The translations under genes were made by a program, and so were the position numbers. The notes beneath the pieces are model-generated. The model was not told the origin of the DNA. It saw only the letters and a list, made by a program, of their open reading frames with translations, and did no database searches. A stretch of DNA of 64,000 nucleotides. Source: Flaccisagitta enflata (taxonomy: Eukaryota). The stretch spans positions 33,108,001 through 33,172,000 of the forward strand of contig OZ231126.1 in NCBI GenBank assembly GCA_965153355.1, read 5' to 3'. Below, in pieces: positions 62,935 to 64,000 of the stretch (positions are counted from its first letter, which is position 1; each line of letters begins with the position of its first letter).

Positions 62935-64000
62935 CTGACGAATTGTAGGGCATTTCTTGGAAATGATTACTTGCGTGGGAAGGTTTTCAATTACCTCTAC
63001 CTTCAAAAAGTACTAATTTTGAATCCCGTCGTGTTGTGTAATTTGATAGTTTGAATCTTCCGCGCGATTTGCCTTTTTGTAAGCGCTTCGTACGTCATTC
63101 TAAGTTTCCGCTCTTTTAACCTATCACGCTACATGAATGAATTAAAGCGTAACTAGCGCTAGTAGTAACTCTAGTAGATCTACCTCTTTGTGCATTTTAC
63201 ACGCGCTTACGTCAGCATGATTGACGTAAAACGTTTCTCGTGGGCCGCGCTGATTTCGCGTCGTAGAATGGGTTGAAACTCAATAGTTTACTCACGGCTC
63301 ATGGGAAGTGTTTTGTTGATTTTTTTTTTTTGCAGAACAGTTTTAATGACGAATACGATCTAGAAAGTGTATGAAGTGTGAGAACGCGTATTTAAGTTAC
63401 TGTCATTGTTTGTGTGTGTGAGTGGGGGTGTGTGGAACCAACCGTCGATACTATCTAGGAAATAGATATACGGACACCTAACCATCATTATAGCAGCTAA
63501 ACTACAACAACCAATTAAAAAATGAAACAAGATCAACAAACTATGACAAAATATCTTCCATTCAAGACCAAGTGGAGGTCAGTAGCTCAAGCCGTTTTCA
63601 TTTGACAGTGTTTTGAAGAGAAACTGTCATTTTATCAAGATCATATTTTGATGTTTTCTGTTCAAATCTACAAAGGACAACGTATTTTGAAAGAGCTCTC
63701 AAATCTAAATGGATTGACCAAAATCATTTCGCTTGGCCTCGTTAGATCACACAAATTTTTTGTCTGTCGAAAAAGTTGAAGTCTGCAGTTAAACATATTG
63801 CCCTCAAATTATCTAATATGTTCTTTTAATTTGTCATCAATAAATAGACAGAAACGTACAAATCAACGCACAACTATAAACTACTAAAAAGAGGAAAACA
63901 ACACAAATTTACTATTCCTGTTCACGTTCACGTTCTCGTTCAATTTTCACGTTTTGAGCAATATGAGAGATGACAGGATTCCTATGAGTCAGGAGAGCAG

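Noticed and set aside
63465..63900. Probable MITE interior (GACCAAGTGGAGGTCAGTAGCTCAAGCCGTTT resembles 15990-16020)
   Set aside because: No matching TIR pair or TSD could be identified within the window.

Overview
Repeat-saturated, non-coding eukaryotic DNA. It looks like an invertebrate, probably arthropod/crustacean-type, intergenic or intronic region (inferred from microsatellite density and element types). I found no intact host gene, RNA gene or CRISPR array, and almost all ORFs in the track are read-throughs of microsatellites or tandem repeats. The only clear protein homology is a decayed CR1/L2-group LINE ORF2 (endonuclease + RT, minus strand, ~36.2-39.5 kb), plus a short Tc1-like transposase C-terminal relic at ~60.8 kb. 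The rest comprises: (i) about 30 copies of at least six families of non-autonomous Helentron/DINE-1-like elements (5' palindrome/subTIR, GTCY microsatellite, 3' subTIR plus hairpin, inserted in T runs); (ii) about 20 non-autonomous TIR elements, most with readable target-site duplications (TA, 8-bp hAT-type, 4-bp, TTAA-like, ~10-bp); (iii) minisatellite arrays of 9, 10, 20, 22, 29/30 and 42 bp; (iv) long microsatellites. Elements are nested up to three levels deep. The most notable unexplained signal is an interrupted palindrome (TTGGNCTCANATGAAAG[A/C]-N11-TCTTTCA...) shared by several MITEs whose TIRs are unrelated.
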